Positions 48,266 to 57,193 of a stretch of DNA of 64,000 nucleotides are shown piece by piece. A program made the position numbers and the translations under genes. The first letter of the stretch is position 1. Every line of letters starts with the position of its first letter. The notes beneath the pieces were generated by a model. It had not been told where the DNA came from and did not search any database. It was given only the letters and a program-made list of their open reading frames with translations. The stretch lies in the NCBI GenBank assembly GCA_041484665.1, contig JBGPIA010000002.1, forward strand, positions 224,001 through 288,000. Direction: 5' to 3'. The DNA comes from Candidatus Krumholzibacteriia bacterium (GTDB taxonomy: Bacteria > Krumholzibacteriota > Krumholzibacteriia > JAJRXK01).

Positions 48266-49794
48266 GGCGCGACTTTCCGTGGGCGCGGGCGCGCCACCAA
48301 CAGCAGTGCGACGTTCTGCAGCGGGAGCCGCGTGCGGGCGATCAACTCGCACTCCTGCTCCCCCACCACGTCCAGCACGCGGTATCCCAGCACCACCAGC
48401 AACGCGGCCGCGGCCATCCCCAACGCGACTTGCCAGGCAGCCGTGAAGCGCTGCTGGACGGCGAGCCACAGCAGCACCGGGCTGCTGGCCGCGAACGCCT
48501 TGCCCAGCAGCCGCCAGGGGACCGACAGGCCCGGGATCTCCTTCCACGCGATGCGCGACAGCAAGAGCACCGAGAGCAGCTTGGCGGAGCCCAGCCCGAG
48601 GATTCCGCCCCACAGCCCCAGGCGAGGGATCAACGTCAGGTCGAGGGCGACGTTGACCGTCGCGAACACCACGTAGGCGCGCAGCGCCGCCCCCACGCGC
48701 TCGCGGGCGTAGACGATCATGCCGATGGGCGCCCCCAAGGCCGCGTAGCCGGCCATGACGAAGTAGGCCTGGCTCACCAGAGCTGCCGGCGCCATTGCCT
48801 GGCCGTAGAGCAGACGGATCACCGACGGGCTGAAGGCGACGCCCAGGCAGACCAGCGGCGCGATCGCCAGGTAGAGCAGGCTGAGATAGGCGCGCATCGC
48901 CCGCGGCAGCCTTGTTGCGTCTTGCACCGCGATGCGGGAGAAGCCGGCCATTGAGACCTCCCACAGCGCCAGAGGAAGGAAGTCGATCAGGCGCTGCGCG
49001 AAGGTGAAGCCGAGCTTGAAGAAGCCCGCCGGATCGGGGCCGCGGAAGTGACCCAGGAACAGCACCTCGGTCTCGCTGTGCACGAGGAAGTTCAGGACCG
49101 CGATGCCGAAGAAAGGCGCGGTGAAGTCGACGATCCGGCGGCGCGAGACCGCAGTCACCGCGGTGCCCGCCTTGACCTGCGGATCGCGGGCGATCGCGGG
49201 CGGGACCTGCAGCAAGCACGCGACGAACATTCCCCCGCCGGCGGCAGCCAGCACCCCGGCCACGCCCTTGCCGGCCGCCAGCAGCCACCAGGTCGTGGCG
49301 AGGGTCACCACGTTCCCCAGCGCCACCGCTATGGCCACCGTGCGCGTGGCGAAGCGTGCGGTGGCGCAGGCGCGTACGTAGTTGTGCAGCGAGAACGCCA
49401 GTGCCGTTGCCACGCCGATGCGCGCCAGCCCGGCCAGGGGCACGTTGAACACACGCTCCAGCGACGGCCCCAGGAGCCACGCAGCGCCCATCACGGGCAC
49501 CCAGGCCAGCACGCGCAGGCCCAGCGTCCTCCAGAAGAAGCGCGCGGCGGCGCTGCCGCCGCCACGCTCGATGAACTCGGGCACGAAGCGCAGCGCCGTG
49601 CGCTCCAGCGCCAGGCCAGCCAGCACGGTTGCCAACGCGGTGATCTGGCGCACCTCGCTGAGCACGCCGAACTCGCGCGTGGTGAGCGACCGTACGATCA
49701 CCACGCTGAGGACGATCGAGCTGACCAGGTTCGTCGCCTCGGCGACGACGCTCCAGGCCCCCGAGCGCGCATAGCCGGCCAGGTCGCGGCTCAA
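48262..49794 (-). CDS. Wzx-type oligosaccharide flippase (MOP superfamily), copy 2
   Basis: About 14 TM segments, R.L...EFG, RF.PE, LG.F.....G.F, LLYG and LIP..GLWG. Confidence 0.88.
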   Translation of the reverse strand: MSRDLAGYARSGAWSVVAEATNLVSSIVLSVVIVRSLTTREFGVLSEVRQITALATVLAGLALERTALRFVPEFIERGGGSAAARFFWRTLGLRVLAWVPVMGAAWLLGPSLERVFNVPLAGLARIGVATALAFSLHNYVRACATARFATRTVAIAVALGNVVTLATTWWLLAAGKGVAGVLAAAGGGMFVACLLQVPPAIARDPQVKAGTAVTAVSRRRIVDFTAPFFGIAVLNFLVHSETEVLFLGHFRGPDPAGFFKLGFTFAQRLIDFLPLALWEVSMAGFSRIAVQDATRLPRAMRAYLSLLYLAIAPLVCLGVAFSPSVIRLLYGQAMAPAALVSQAYFVMAGYAALGAPIGMIVYARERVGAALRAYVVFATVNVALDLTLIPRLGLWGGILGLGSAKLLSVLLLSRIAWKEIPGLSVPWRLLGKAFAASSPVLLWLAVQQRFTAAWQVALGMAAAALLVVLGYRVLDVVGEQECELIARTRLPLQNVALLLVARPRPRKVAP

Positions 49795-50945
49795 GCCAGC
49801 TCCTGGTGCACTCGCAGCGCGGAGCGCTCCATGAGCGCGTACAGGTCGCGGATGTGGCGCAGGGTCTCGTCGGGATCGCGCAGCCCGATCAGGCAGGCGT
49901 CGGCGCCCTTGGCATCGGGATGGTACCCGTGCATGGCCGCCAGCCTGGAGCTCCCCATGTAGCTAGGCAAGATCAGCAGGCCCTCTCCGAGAACGTAGAT
50001 GAGGTCCCCCTGGCTGCGATCGGGGAAGCGGCCGCCCAGTTGCTCCAACTCGTCGTCGGGGATGATGCGCCCCTGGCCGTGTCGCGCGAGCACGTCGCCA
50101 ATTGCAGCGAGCACCGCCGGATCCTCCGCCCAGAAGCGCGCCATCGTGGAGTCGTAGAAGGCCAGGTAGCGCCGGCCGTTCTCGCCGAGCTTGCGCTCGA
50201 CTTCTGCCTTGAGGTCGACGGCGCCGTGGACGTCGCTCATGCCATGGTCGCTGAAGATGAACGCCTCGACGGCCTCGGCCGAATCGTGGGCCACGGTGAA
50301 CAGCCGCCGCAGCCGCTCCTCGTACCAGCGCAAGTGGCGGCCGACGTCGTCGCCCAGGCTGCCCTGCGCGTGGAGCAGCCCGTCCAGGGCGTACAGGTAG
50401 AGGAACACGAAGTCGACCTGCCCCGAGATCAGGTCCCCCTCGACCGCGCGCAGGCTGGCCTCCTCCGGCGATCGCCAGTCGTAGCACGTCCAGCGCAGGC
50501 CCAGCTCGACCAGGCGGTCGAAGATGCTGCGGGCGCGGCGCAGGCCGCCCGGCGCGAAGATCGACCGGTGCTCCACCAGGTCGAAGCGCGGCAGCAGGCG
50601 CGTGGGCACCTCGTAGAGGCTGAAATAGCCGCGCACCGTTCGCGCCACGCTGGCCTCGATCCGCCGCCGCACGCGGTGGTTCTGCGCCACCCATGACGGC
50701 AGCCACGCCCACGGACGCGCCGCGTCCAGGCCCGAGGGTCCGTCGCGCAGCATGTACATCGCGCCGTGGCCGTGCTGCGCCGGGAGTTTCCCGGAGAGCA
50801 GCGTTGGCTGGCACGAGCAGCTGAAGCCGAGCACGGTGCGCAGGGCGGCCCGGTACGGCAGCTCCGGCAGGAACTCGCGGGTGCGCAGGTGCTCCGCCCC
50901 CAGCGCATCGATCATCACGAACAGCGCCACGCGTTTGCGCTTCAC
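49791..50945 (-). CDS. Alkaline-phosphatase-superfamily protein (nucleotide pyrophosphatase-like), cytoplasmic
   Basis: MIDALG, LSG..P..HG, LDGLLH..G, FSDHGM and MHGY.P. Start GTG 50945 (GTGA overlap). Confidence 0.85.
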   Translation of the reverse strand: MKRKRVALFVMIDALGAEHLRTREFLPELPYRAALRTVLGFSCSCQPTLLSGKLPAQHGHGAMYMLRDGPSGLDAARPWAWLPSWVAQNHRVRRRIEASVARTVRGYFSLYEVPTRLLPRFDLVEHRSIFAPGGLRRARSIFDRLVELGLRWTCYDWRSPEEASLRAVEGDLISGQVDFVFLYLYALDGLLHAQGSLGDDVGRHLRWYEERLRRLFTVAHDSAEAVEAFIFSDHGMSDVHGAVDLKAEVERKLGENGRRYLAFYDSTMARFWAEDPAVLAAIGDVLARHGQGRIIPDDELEQLGGRFPDRSQGDLIYVLGEGLLILPSYMGSSRLAAMHGYHPDAKGADACLIGLRDPDETLRHIRDLYALMERSALRVHQELA

Positions 50946-52240
50946 TGCCGCGCACCTCCCATGACCCAGCCCGACCACAGGCCGCCCAGCCAAGCGTCCG
51001 TCTCGTCCGCGGAGGCGCCGCCACCGCCCCGCGGGCCGCCGCGAATCAGCCCCTGCAGCGGAGCCGTCCACTGCTCCACGCGCGCGAAGCGCAGCGCAGC
51101 CGCCACGTACATCCGGTCGGGGCCAGCGCCTCCAAACCCGTGCCGCCACCAGAGCGACAACGGTTGAGGCGCCAGCGGGGCCCAGCGGCGGGCTTGCCGC
51201 AACCGTCGCCAGAGCGGGGCGCGCCGCAGCCAGCGCGCCGTTCGCAGCGCGTCCGCGCTGCACGGGGCGCCCAGTGCGACCGCCGCGGCCAGCCGCGGGG
51301 CCGCCGCGCCCGGCCGCTCGCTTGAATCGCCGCGCGCGCCGTCCGCCAGACAACGCTCCATGGTGGCTCGATAGAAGGGCCAAGTCCATCGGATCAACTC
51401 TGCGCGGGCCTGATGGGAGCCGGGAGCGTCACCGCCCTGCGGGTCACGGCCCGGCCCTGCCATCGCCGGCGGCAACGTAAGCAGCAACGGCAGCGTAAGC
51501 GGGCCTTCTCGCATGGCCGCCAGCATCTGGAGCGCGACCCGCGAGCCGTCGCGTAACCACGCCGCGGCCTCGCCCGTCAGCCCCGCGGCCGCCTCCTCCA
51601 GCGCGCGCAACTGCGCGTTGCGGTCCGCGACGTAGCGGCCGTGGGCGGCGAGCCAGGCCAGGGGGGCGTCCATCCACATCTTCCATGCATGGAACAGCCC
51701 CCAGGGATCGGGCGGCTGCAGCCGCGCCCGGGCGCCCGCCAACAAGTGCTCGGCGAATCGATTGTGCAGCAGGCACAACGCGTCGTCAGGATCGAGCGCG
51801 GCCGTTCCGCCGGCAGGCGGCGCGGGCCGCGACCAGCGGGTGTGCGCCTCCCACAGAACGGCGTGCGCGCTGGCAAGCTGGAAGGCGGGCAGGGTCCGCC
51901 CCAGCCGCAAGAAGCCGTCGGGCGCGACGGCGCCCAGGTCGAGCGGGGCGAGCAGGAAGGGATCGCCGGCGACCGCCCGGCGGGCCGCGGCCAGGATCTC
52001 GCCCCGGCGCGCCAGCGCGCCGGGCTCCAGCACAGCATAGAGGTCGATGTCGCTGAGCAGCCGCGGGCCAGCAGGGGTGCCCAGAACCGTACCCTCGCCG
52101 CGGGCGAGGCTCCCGCCGAGTACGACCGCCACCAGGGCGTTGCCGCCCGCAGCGCGCAGCGCGCCCACGAGCGCATCCAGCCGAGCCGACACCGCGGTAT
52201 CCGCGTCCGCCGCGGCGTGCACCCAACGACCTCCGCTCAC
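50942..52240 (-). CDS. Pol-beta-superfamily nucleotidyltransferase-domain protein
   Basis: VVLGGSLARGEG...SDIDL (hG[GS]...DhDh) plus a later LDL, followed by a helical C-terminal region. Confidence 0.72.
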   Translation of the reverse strand: MSGGRWVHAAADADTAVSARLDALVGALRAAGGNALVAVVLGGSLARGEGTVLGTPAGPRLLSDIDLYAVLEPGALARRGEILAAARRAVAGDPFLLAPLDLGAVAPDGFLRLGRTLPAFQLASAHAVLWEAHTRWSRPAPPAGGTAALDPDDALCLLHNRFAEHLLAGARARLQPPDPWGLFHAWKMWMDAPLAWLAAHGRYVADRNAQLRALEEAAAGLTGEAAAWLRDGSRVALQMLAAMREGPLTLPLLLTLPPAMAGPGRDPQGGDAPGSHQARAELIRWTWPFYRATMERCLADGARGDSSERPGAAAPRLAAAVALGAPCSADALRTARWLRRAPLWRRLRQARRWAPLAPQPLSLWWRHGFGGAGPDRMYVAAALRFARVEQWTAPLQGLIRGGPRGGGGASADETDAWLGGLWSGWVMGGARQ

Positions 52241-52297
52241 CGCTTCCCCCGTCGTGCGCCCGGCCTGCTGCCGCGCCGTCGTGTCCGGATTTCCGCG

Positions 52298-53125
52298 CTA
52301 GAGCCGCTTGTAGATCGACTCGGGGATGGGGAACTTGCGGCGGTTGAGCACCGTCCCGATCACCGTGCCTCCACTGAAGCGGATCAGCTTCTCGGCCTTG
52401 CCCAGGACCTCGCGCTTGGTCTTGTGGGCGCGGACGACCAAGACCACGCCGTCGGTCGTGGCGGCGAGCATGGATGTCTCGGCGTTGCCGAGCACAGCGC
52501 CCGCGTCGAAGAGGACGTAATCGAAGCGCTGCGTGAGCTCCGCGGCCAGGTTGCGCGCCCGGTCGTGGCTGAGCACCAGCGACGGATTGTAGATGTCCGT
52601 CCCCAATCCCATCACGTAGAGGTTGGGCGAGTCGGTGCGGCAAAGCACCTCGGCGAGCTCCGCGCGCGACGTGCAGTAGTCGGAGAGCCCCGGACGACCC
52701 AGCAGCCCGAACACGCGGGTGGTCTTGGGCGACCGGAAGTTCGCGTCGATCAGGACGGTCTTCTTGCTGTCACGCACGGCCAGGCTGGTGGCCAGGTAGA
52801 TGCACAAGGTCGTCACGCCCTCCCCCGAAGTCGCGCTGGTCAGGACCAGCGCGCGGCGCGGCTTGGGCACGGCCGACTCCACCCCCTGGCGGAACAACGC
52901 CAGCTCCTGCGTGAAGTCGACGGGGACCTCGATGGTAGGCGCTTGGGGCGACTCCACGAGCTTCAGCTCGCGCGCGGGCGGCGGCGCGGCGGCGGCGCCG
53001 GGCTCGGGCGGGCGCGGCGGCGGCTCGGCCCCAGGCGCGGGCGCCGCAACGGGCCGATGCCCCTCCTGCTCGCGGGCGATGCGCTCGCGCTCGGCTCGTC
53101 GCAGTGCATCGCGAATGCTGCTCAT
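52298..53125 (-). CDS. CpsD/CapB-family BY-kinase-like protein (soluble half of a split Wzc)
   Basis: MS.I.DAL.RA N-terminus, S...GEG(V)TT, LIDAN.R.P, FDYVLFD, DGVVLVV and G.VLN. Start ATG 53125. Confidence 0.88.
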   Translation of the reverse strand: MSSIRDALRRAERERIAREQEGHRPVAAPAPGAEPPPRPPEPGAAAAPPPARELKLVESPQAPTIEVPVDFTQELALFRQGVESAVPKPRRALVLTSATSGEGVTTLCIYLATSLAVRDSKKTVLIDANFRSPKTTRVFGLLGRPGLSDYCTSRAELAEVLCRTDSPNLYVMGLGTDIYNPSLVLSHDRARNLAAELTQRFDYVLFDAGAVLGNAETSMLAATTDGVVLVVRAHKTKREVLGKAEKLIRFSGGTVIGTVLNRRKFPIPESIYKRL

Positions 53126-54753
53126 CCCTGCACTCCTGAGCTCGCGCTCTGCCCCGCTCCCCCCATCGAGCCAGCCCCCGGGATCAGGTCGCGGGCTTCC
53201 GGTGACAGCGGCGATAGCTGCGTCCAGCCGAACCCGCGCTGCTTGAGGACCTGGATCCAGCCGCGCGCCTGGTCCGGCTCCTGGAATCCGCCCGCCAGCA
53301 CCCGGTACCACTGCGGGTGCGCGCCGGTCAGCTCCACGTATAGAGGCTCCGACCAGGGCCCGCCCGCCGCCAGATGGTCGGCGAAAGCCTGCGCCTCCGC
53401 CAGGCTCTGGAAGCTCCCCACATGCACGGAATAGACCAGCTGCCCCTGCTGCCGCCACTGATCGACGAGCGTTCGACGCTGGGCGGCCTCCTGAGGCTCG
53501 GCCGAAGCGACGGAACCGGGCGGGTCCGCCAAGGCAAGCGTCCCTGGCAAGGGCGACGGATTCGATCCGGACGGGATCGGCGCCGGTTGCGCCGCTGGCT
53601 CAGGTTCCGGCCGCGCCTGGGGCACCAGGAGCGCGCTGACCTGCGCCACGCGGGCGTGTTCGCGGGCGGCGGTCGAGTCCGTGGGGGCCGCCGAGTCCGC
53701 GGAGCTGGGCGTGCCGGCCCACGGCCAGCGCAGTTCCCCGAGCAGGCTGCGCACCCGCGGCTGCGAGAGCGCATAGACCGCTCCCGCCGTGAGCAGCACG
53801 ACCCCCGCCAGCGCCAGGGCCCAGCGGCGGCGGCCGTGCGGCGCGCGCTCTCCCGGCGGGAAGCGCTCGTCCCACAACGCGGGCGGCGCAGGCAGCGAGG
53901 TGTCCTGGGGCTTGGGGCGGCGCGCTGAAGCATGGCGTTGCCGGGGAGCCAGGTGCAGCTCACGCGCGGCCTCGGCCACGTGCTCCTCGCGCACGGTGCG
54001 GCTGTCGCGGCCGTAGGCGATCAGCAGCGCCGTATCGCAGATCTGGTTGATCACCCGCGGCACGCCGCGCGACCAGGCGTGCACGCGGGCGCAGACATCG
54101 GCGGCGATGATCTCCTTGGGACGCATGGCTCCCGCCAGGCGCAGGCGGTGCAGGATGTAGTCCTCGGCCTCGTCCTCGCGCAACGGACGGATCTCGTGCC
54201 AGATGCCCACGCGCTGGCGCAGCTGCACCAGGCGCGGATCCATCAGGCGCTGGTACAGCTCCGGCTGCCCCACCAGCACGATCTGCATCAGGAAGGCGTG
54301 ATCGGTCTGGAGATTGCTGAGCGTGCGCACGCGCTCCAAAACCTCCACCGAGAGGTTCTGGGCTTCGTCGATCAAGAGGACACAGGTCTCGCCCTTGGCC
54401 AGCCGCTCGATGAGAAAGCTCTGCAGATCCTGCAGCAGCTCGACCTCGTCTTTGGCCGCGGTCGGCAGACCGAACTCGTGGCAGATCATGCGCAGGAGCT
54501 GGTGGTAGGTGTCGACCGGATTGAAGATGAGCGCCGTGCGGACCTTGGCGTCGAGCTCCTCCAGCACGCTCAAGAGCACCGTGGTCTTGCCCAGGCCCAC
54601 GCCCCCGCTGACCACCACGAACCCACGCCCTTCGCGGATTCCGTAGAGGATGCGCGCCCGGCTCTCGTCGTGGGTCTCCGAAGCGTAGAGGAACTTCGGA
54701 TTCGGGACGATCCGGAATGGCTGGGTGTGCAGACCAAAGTGGTGTCGGTACAT
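53122..54753 (-). CDS. ExeA/GspA-family AAA ATPase fused to a TM segment and a C-terminal SPOR domain
   Basis: MY..HFGL...PF...P.P.FLY, G.VG.GKTT, IDEAQNL, LVGQPEL, QL.QR and GVPR.IN..CD; then a TM segment and YSVHVGSF...WYRVL.G.F. Confidence 0.9.
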   Translation of the reverse strand: MYRHHFGLHTQPFRIVPNPKFLYASETHDESRARILYGIREGRGFVVVSGGVGLGKTTVLLSVLEELDAKVRTALIFNPVDTYHQLLRMICHEFGLPTAAKDEVELLQDLQSFLIERLAKGETCVLLIDEAQNLSVEVLERVRTLSNLQTDHAFLMQIVLVGQPELYQRLMDPRLVQLRQRVGIWHEIRPLREDEAEDYILHRLRLAGAMRPKEIIAADVCARVHAWSRGVPRVINQICDTALLIAYGRDSRTVREEHVAEAARELHLAPRQRHASARRPKPQDTSLPAPPALWDERFPPGERAPHGRRRWALALAGVVLLTAGAVYALSQPRVRSLLGELRWPWAGTPSSADSAAPTDSTAAREHARVAQVSALLVPQARPEPEPAAQPAPIPSGSNPSPLPGTLALADPPGSVASAEPQEAAQRRTLVDQWRQQGQLVYSVHVGSFQSLAEAQAFADHLAAGGPWSEPLYVELTGAHPQWYRVLAGGFQEPDQARGWIQVLKQRGFGWTQLSPLSPEARDLIPGAGSMGGAGQSASSGVQG

Positions 54754-54805
54754 GGGCGGACTCCCGGTGCCCAGGCCGCGCGGGCCAGGGCGCCCCTGCG
54801 TCCGG

Positions 54806-56242
54806 TCAGCCGGCCTTGCCTCTGCTGAAGGGCAGTCGCTTGGCCTTCTGGTCGAGGTTCGAGTCGGTCACGTCCACGTCGGGGAAGCTGGCCAGGACGG
54901 GGATCTCCAGATGACGCTCCACGTCCTCGCGCGTCTCGAGCGAGTGATCGAGGTTTTCCAGGTAGAAGGCCAGACCGATGCCCGCCATCAGGGCCAGCAG
55001 CGGTCCCAGCGCGATGCGCACCAGATCGCCTTTCTTGTTCTTCTGCGCGTCGACGGCGGGCGAGAGCAGCTTGACACCGTAGTCCTCGTAGCTGACGGAC
55101 TTGATCTTCGAGTCGGAGGCCTGCTCGTTGAGGCTGCCGTACTGCTTCGAGGCCGAGCCGATCTGGGTGTCGAGCATCTCCAGGTCGCGCACCAACCCCG
55201 GCAGCCGGGCCAGACGCTCCTCGAGGCCGCTCTGCTGTTTCTGCAGCGCGGCTTCCTCGCCGTGCGCGACGTCGAGCTCGTGCTCCTTGACCGCGATTAC
55301 GTCCCGCACCGACGACGCCAGCTGCGCGCGTAGCTGGGCGGCCTCCAGCTCCACCTCCTGGACCTGCGGGTGATGCTCGGTGTACTTGCTTCGCAGCTCC
55401 TCCAGCTGCATCGACTTCAGGCGCAACGCCTGCACAGCGTTGGCGACCGACTGTCCCTGCGCCGAGCCCATGGCCTCGTAGAACGGCAGGACCGTTTCGT
55501 CGCTGCCGAGCCTGCGCGCGGCCGCCAGCTCGGTCTCCAGGCGTGACCGGCGAACCACGATGCCGGCTAAGGACGACTGCACCTCCGACTTCACTCGGAT
55601 GAGGTTGTTCTGCTCCTGATTGATGTCGGTGAGGCCGATGCCGCTCAAGAGGGTCTTGCGCTGATTCTGCAGATTCTGCAGTGCGGCCAGCGTCGAATCG
55701 GCCTGGTGCTTGATGAAGGCGCTGGGGTCGGGGAGCTTGAACAGCTCCAGGTGGTACTCGATGTAGGCGTCGGCAACGGCATTGGCCATGCGCAAGGCGT
55801 TCTCAGGCTTGCGCGCCTTGGCTGTGACGAAGATGATGTTGCTTTCGCCGATCATCCCGGCCTTGACGTTGGTGGACAAGACGCCCAGCCCGTAGCCCAG
55901 CCCCTTGGGGTGGTCGGGTGTGGGCGCGTTCAGCTTCGCCAGCGCCCGCGCCAGGACCGGGACGCTGCGCACCACCTCCACCTCGGACTCGATGACTTCC
56001 TTCCACGGCAGCGCGCTGCCGCCGTTCTGCAGGACGCTCTCGCGGCCCTTGCGGTTGAGCATCACGGTCGCATCGGCGCTGAAGGTGACCGGCGTGTTGA
56101 AGATCTTGAACGCCGTGATAGCCGAAGCGACCAGGAAGATCCCCACGATCAGCCACTTGCGCTTGAACACCACCGCCAGCAGGTCGCGGATGGTCGTGTC
56201 GCGCTCGACAGGTGTGGGGCCTTGGGTGTACAGACCGGACAT
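54806..56242 (-). CDS. Polysaccharide co-polymerase / chain-length determinant (Wzz/GumC type)
   Basis: Two TM segments flanking a coiled coil, Y...HP.V, and a C-terminal E.LD.S....DVE..L..PVL. Confidence 0.9.
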   Translation of the reverse strand: MSGLYTQGPTPVERDTTIRDLLAVVFKRKWLIVGIFLVASAITAFKIFNTPVTFSADATVMLNRKGRESVLQNGGSALPWKEVIESEVEVVRSVPVLARALAKLNAPTPDHPKGLGYGLGVLSTNVKAGMIGESNIIFVTAKARKPENALRMANAVADAYIEYHLELFKLPDPSAFIKHQADSTLAALQNLQNQRKTLLSGIGLTDINQEQNNLIRVKSEVQSSLAGIVVRRSRLETELAAARRLGSDETVLPFYEAMGSAQGQSVANAVQALRLKSMQLEELRSKYTEHHPQVQEVELEAAQLRAQLASSVRDVIAVKEHELDVAHGEEAALQKQQSGLEERLARLPGLVRDLEMLDTQIGSASKQYGSLNEQASDSKIKSVSYEDYGVKLLSPAVDAQKNKKGDLVRIALGPLLALMAGIGLAFYLENLDHSLETREDVERHLEIPVLASFPDVDVTDSNLDQKAKRLPFSRGKAG

Positions 56243-56272
56243 GAACGATCTCCTTGCCGGGAGTGCGCGGGG

Positions 56273-57094
56273 CTAGGGGGCCTGGTAGCGGTTCTTGTAG
56301 ACGTTGTTGAAGTCGATCAAGCCGTATCCCCTGATCAGGACGTCCTGTGCCTCGAGCATATGGATAAACGTCTTGCGCGCGACGTTGTCCCACCGGCTCA
56401 GTTTGTCCTTGGGCACCCACACGATGTCGTAGGGCAACACCTCGACGTCACCCCGCTTCTTGGGGTCGGCGATGTACTGCCGGAAGTCGAGGATCGCGGC
56501 TACGCCTCCCCCATCGGGGCGGCGGCGGATGAGCACGAAATTGGTGAGCTGCGCGGTATCGGTGAAACCGCCGGCGCGCGCCACGGCCTGCAGCAAGCTC
56601 AGCCGCCGCTCGTAGGCGTACTCGCCGGGGTTGCGCACCTCACCCAGCAGATAGAAGCGCCCGCCGAGCTGATTGACGATCACGTCCACGCGGGGCTGGA
56701 TGAGCACTTCGGTGTAGCCCTTCTGGATCTCCTGCGCCAGGTCGGTGGTCGTCTTGCCCTGGGCGACCAACTCGCCCAGATAGGGCAGCGTGATGCGTCC
56801 GTCAGGGCGGACCTTCACGAAGCGGTTCTGCTCCGGGTGCGAGAAGAGCACGATCTCCAGCTCGTCACCGTCGGTGATGCGGTAGGACTGTGTGCTGTCC
56901 GACGGCAGGCTCGCGGTCGTCCCTGCGGCGATGGTGCTGGCGAGCGGATCGTCGCCCGGCGTCGCGTTCCCGGTGACCTGGCCTCGATTGAGGTCCACGT
57001 CCTTGTAGGGAGCGCCGCAGCCGGCGGCCAGGGCGAGGGCCGTCAGGGCGACGAGCGATATGGCGCACCGGTGCGCGCGTCGGACGTTCGACAT
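56273..57094 (-). CDS. wza: Polysaccharide export lipoprotein (Wza/OPX family)
   Basis: LAAG-C lipobox, YRI..GD.L, VRPDGRITLP..G...A.GKT, GEV..PG, AGGF and L.P.DIV.VP. Confidence 0.92.
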   Translation of the reverse strand: MSNVRRAHRCAISLVALTALALAAGCGAPYKDVDLNRGQVTGNATPGDDPLASTIAAGTTASLPSDSTQSYRITDGDELEIVLFSHPEQNRFVKVRPDGRITLPYLGELVAQGKTTTDLAQEIQKGYTEVLIQPRVDVIVNQLGGRFYLLGEVRNPGEYAYERRLSLLQAVARAGGFTDTAQLTNFVLIRRRPDGGGVAAILDFRQYIADPKKRGDVEVLPYDIVWVPKDKLSRWDNVARKTFIHMLEAQDVLIRGYGLIDFNNVYKNRYQAP

Positions 57095-57177
57095 GGTTCC
57101 ACTCCGTTCCCTCCACGGCCTCTATCGGGGCCGTGGCGAGACCTCGGGTACTGCAACCCATGAGCTTCTTGCCAAAC

Positions 57178-57193
57178 AGCAAGCGACGCGCCA
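57178..57193 (-). promoter_or_regulatory. sigma54 (-24/-12) promoter of the wza operon
   Basis: Minus strand TGGCGCGTCGCTTGCT versus the consensus TGGCACG-N4-TTGCW; exact GG-N10-GC spacing; about 85 nt upstream of the wza ATG. Confidence 0.72.

Noticed and set aside
16223..49480. Apparent large fusion ORFs in the track (748 aa at 16223, 932 aa at 20402, 853 aa at 37603, 796 aa at 47090)
   Set aside because: Their N-terminal extensions are off-frame or antisense read-through of neighbouring genes. Recognisable domains start at internal codons with an RBS or a stop/start overlap.
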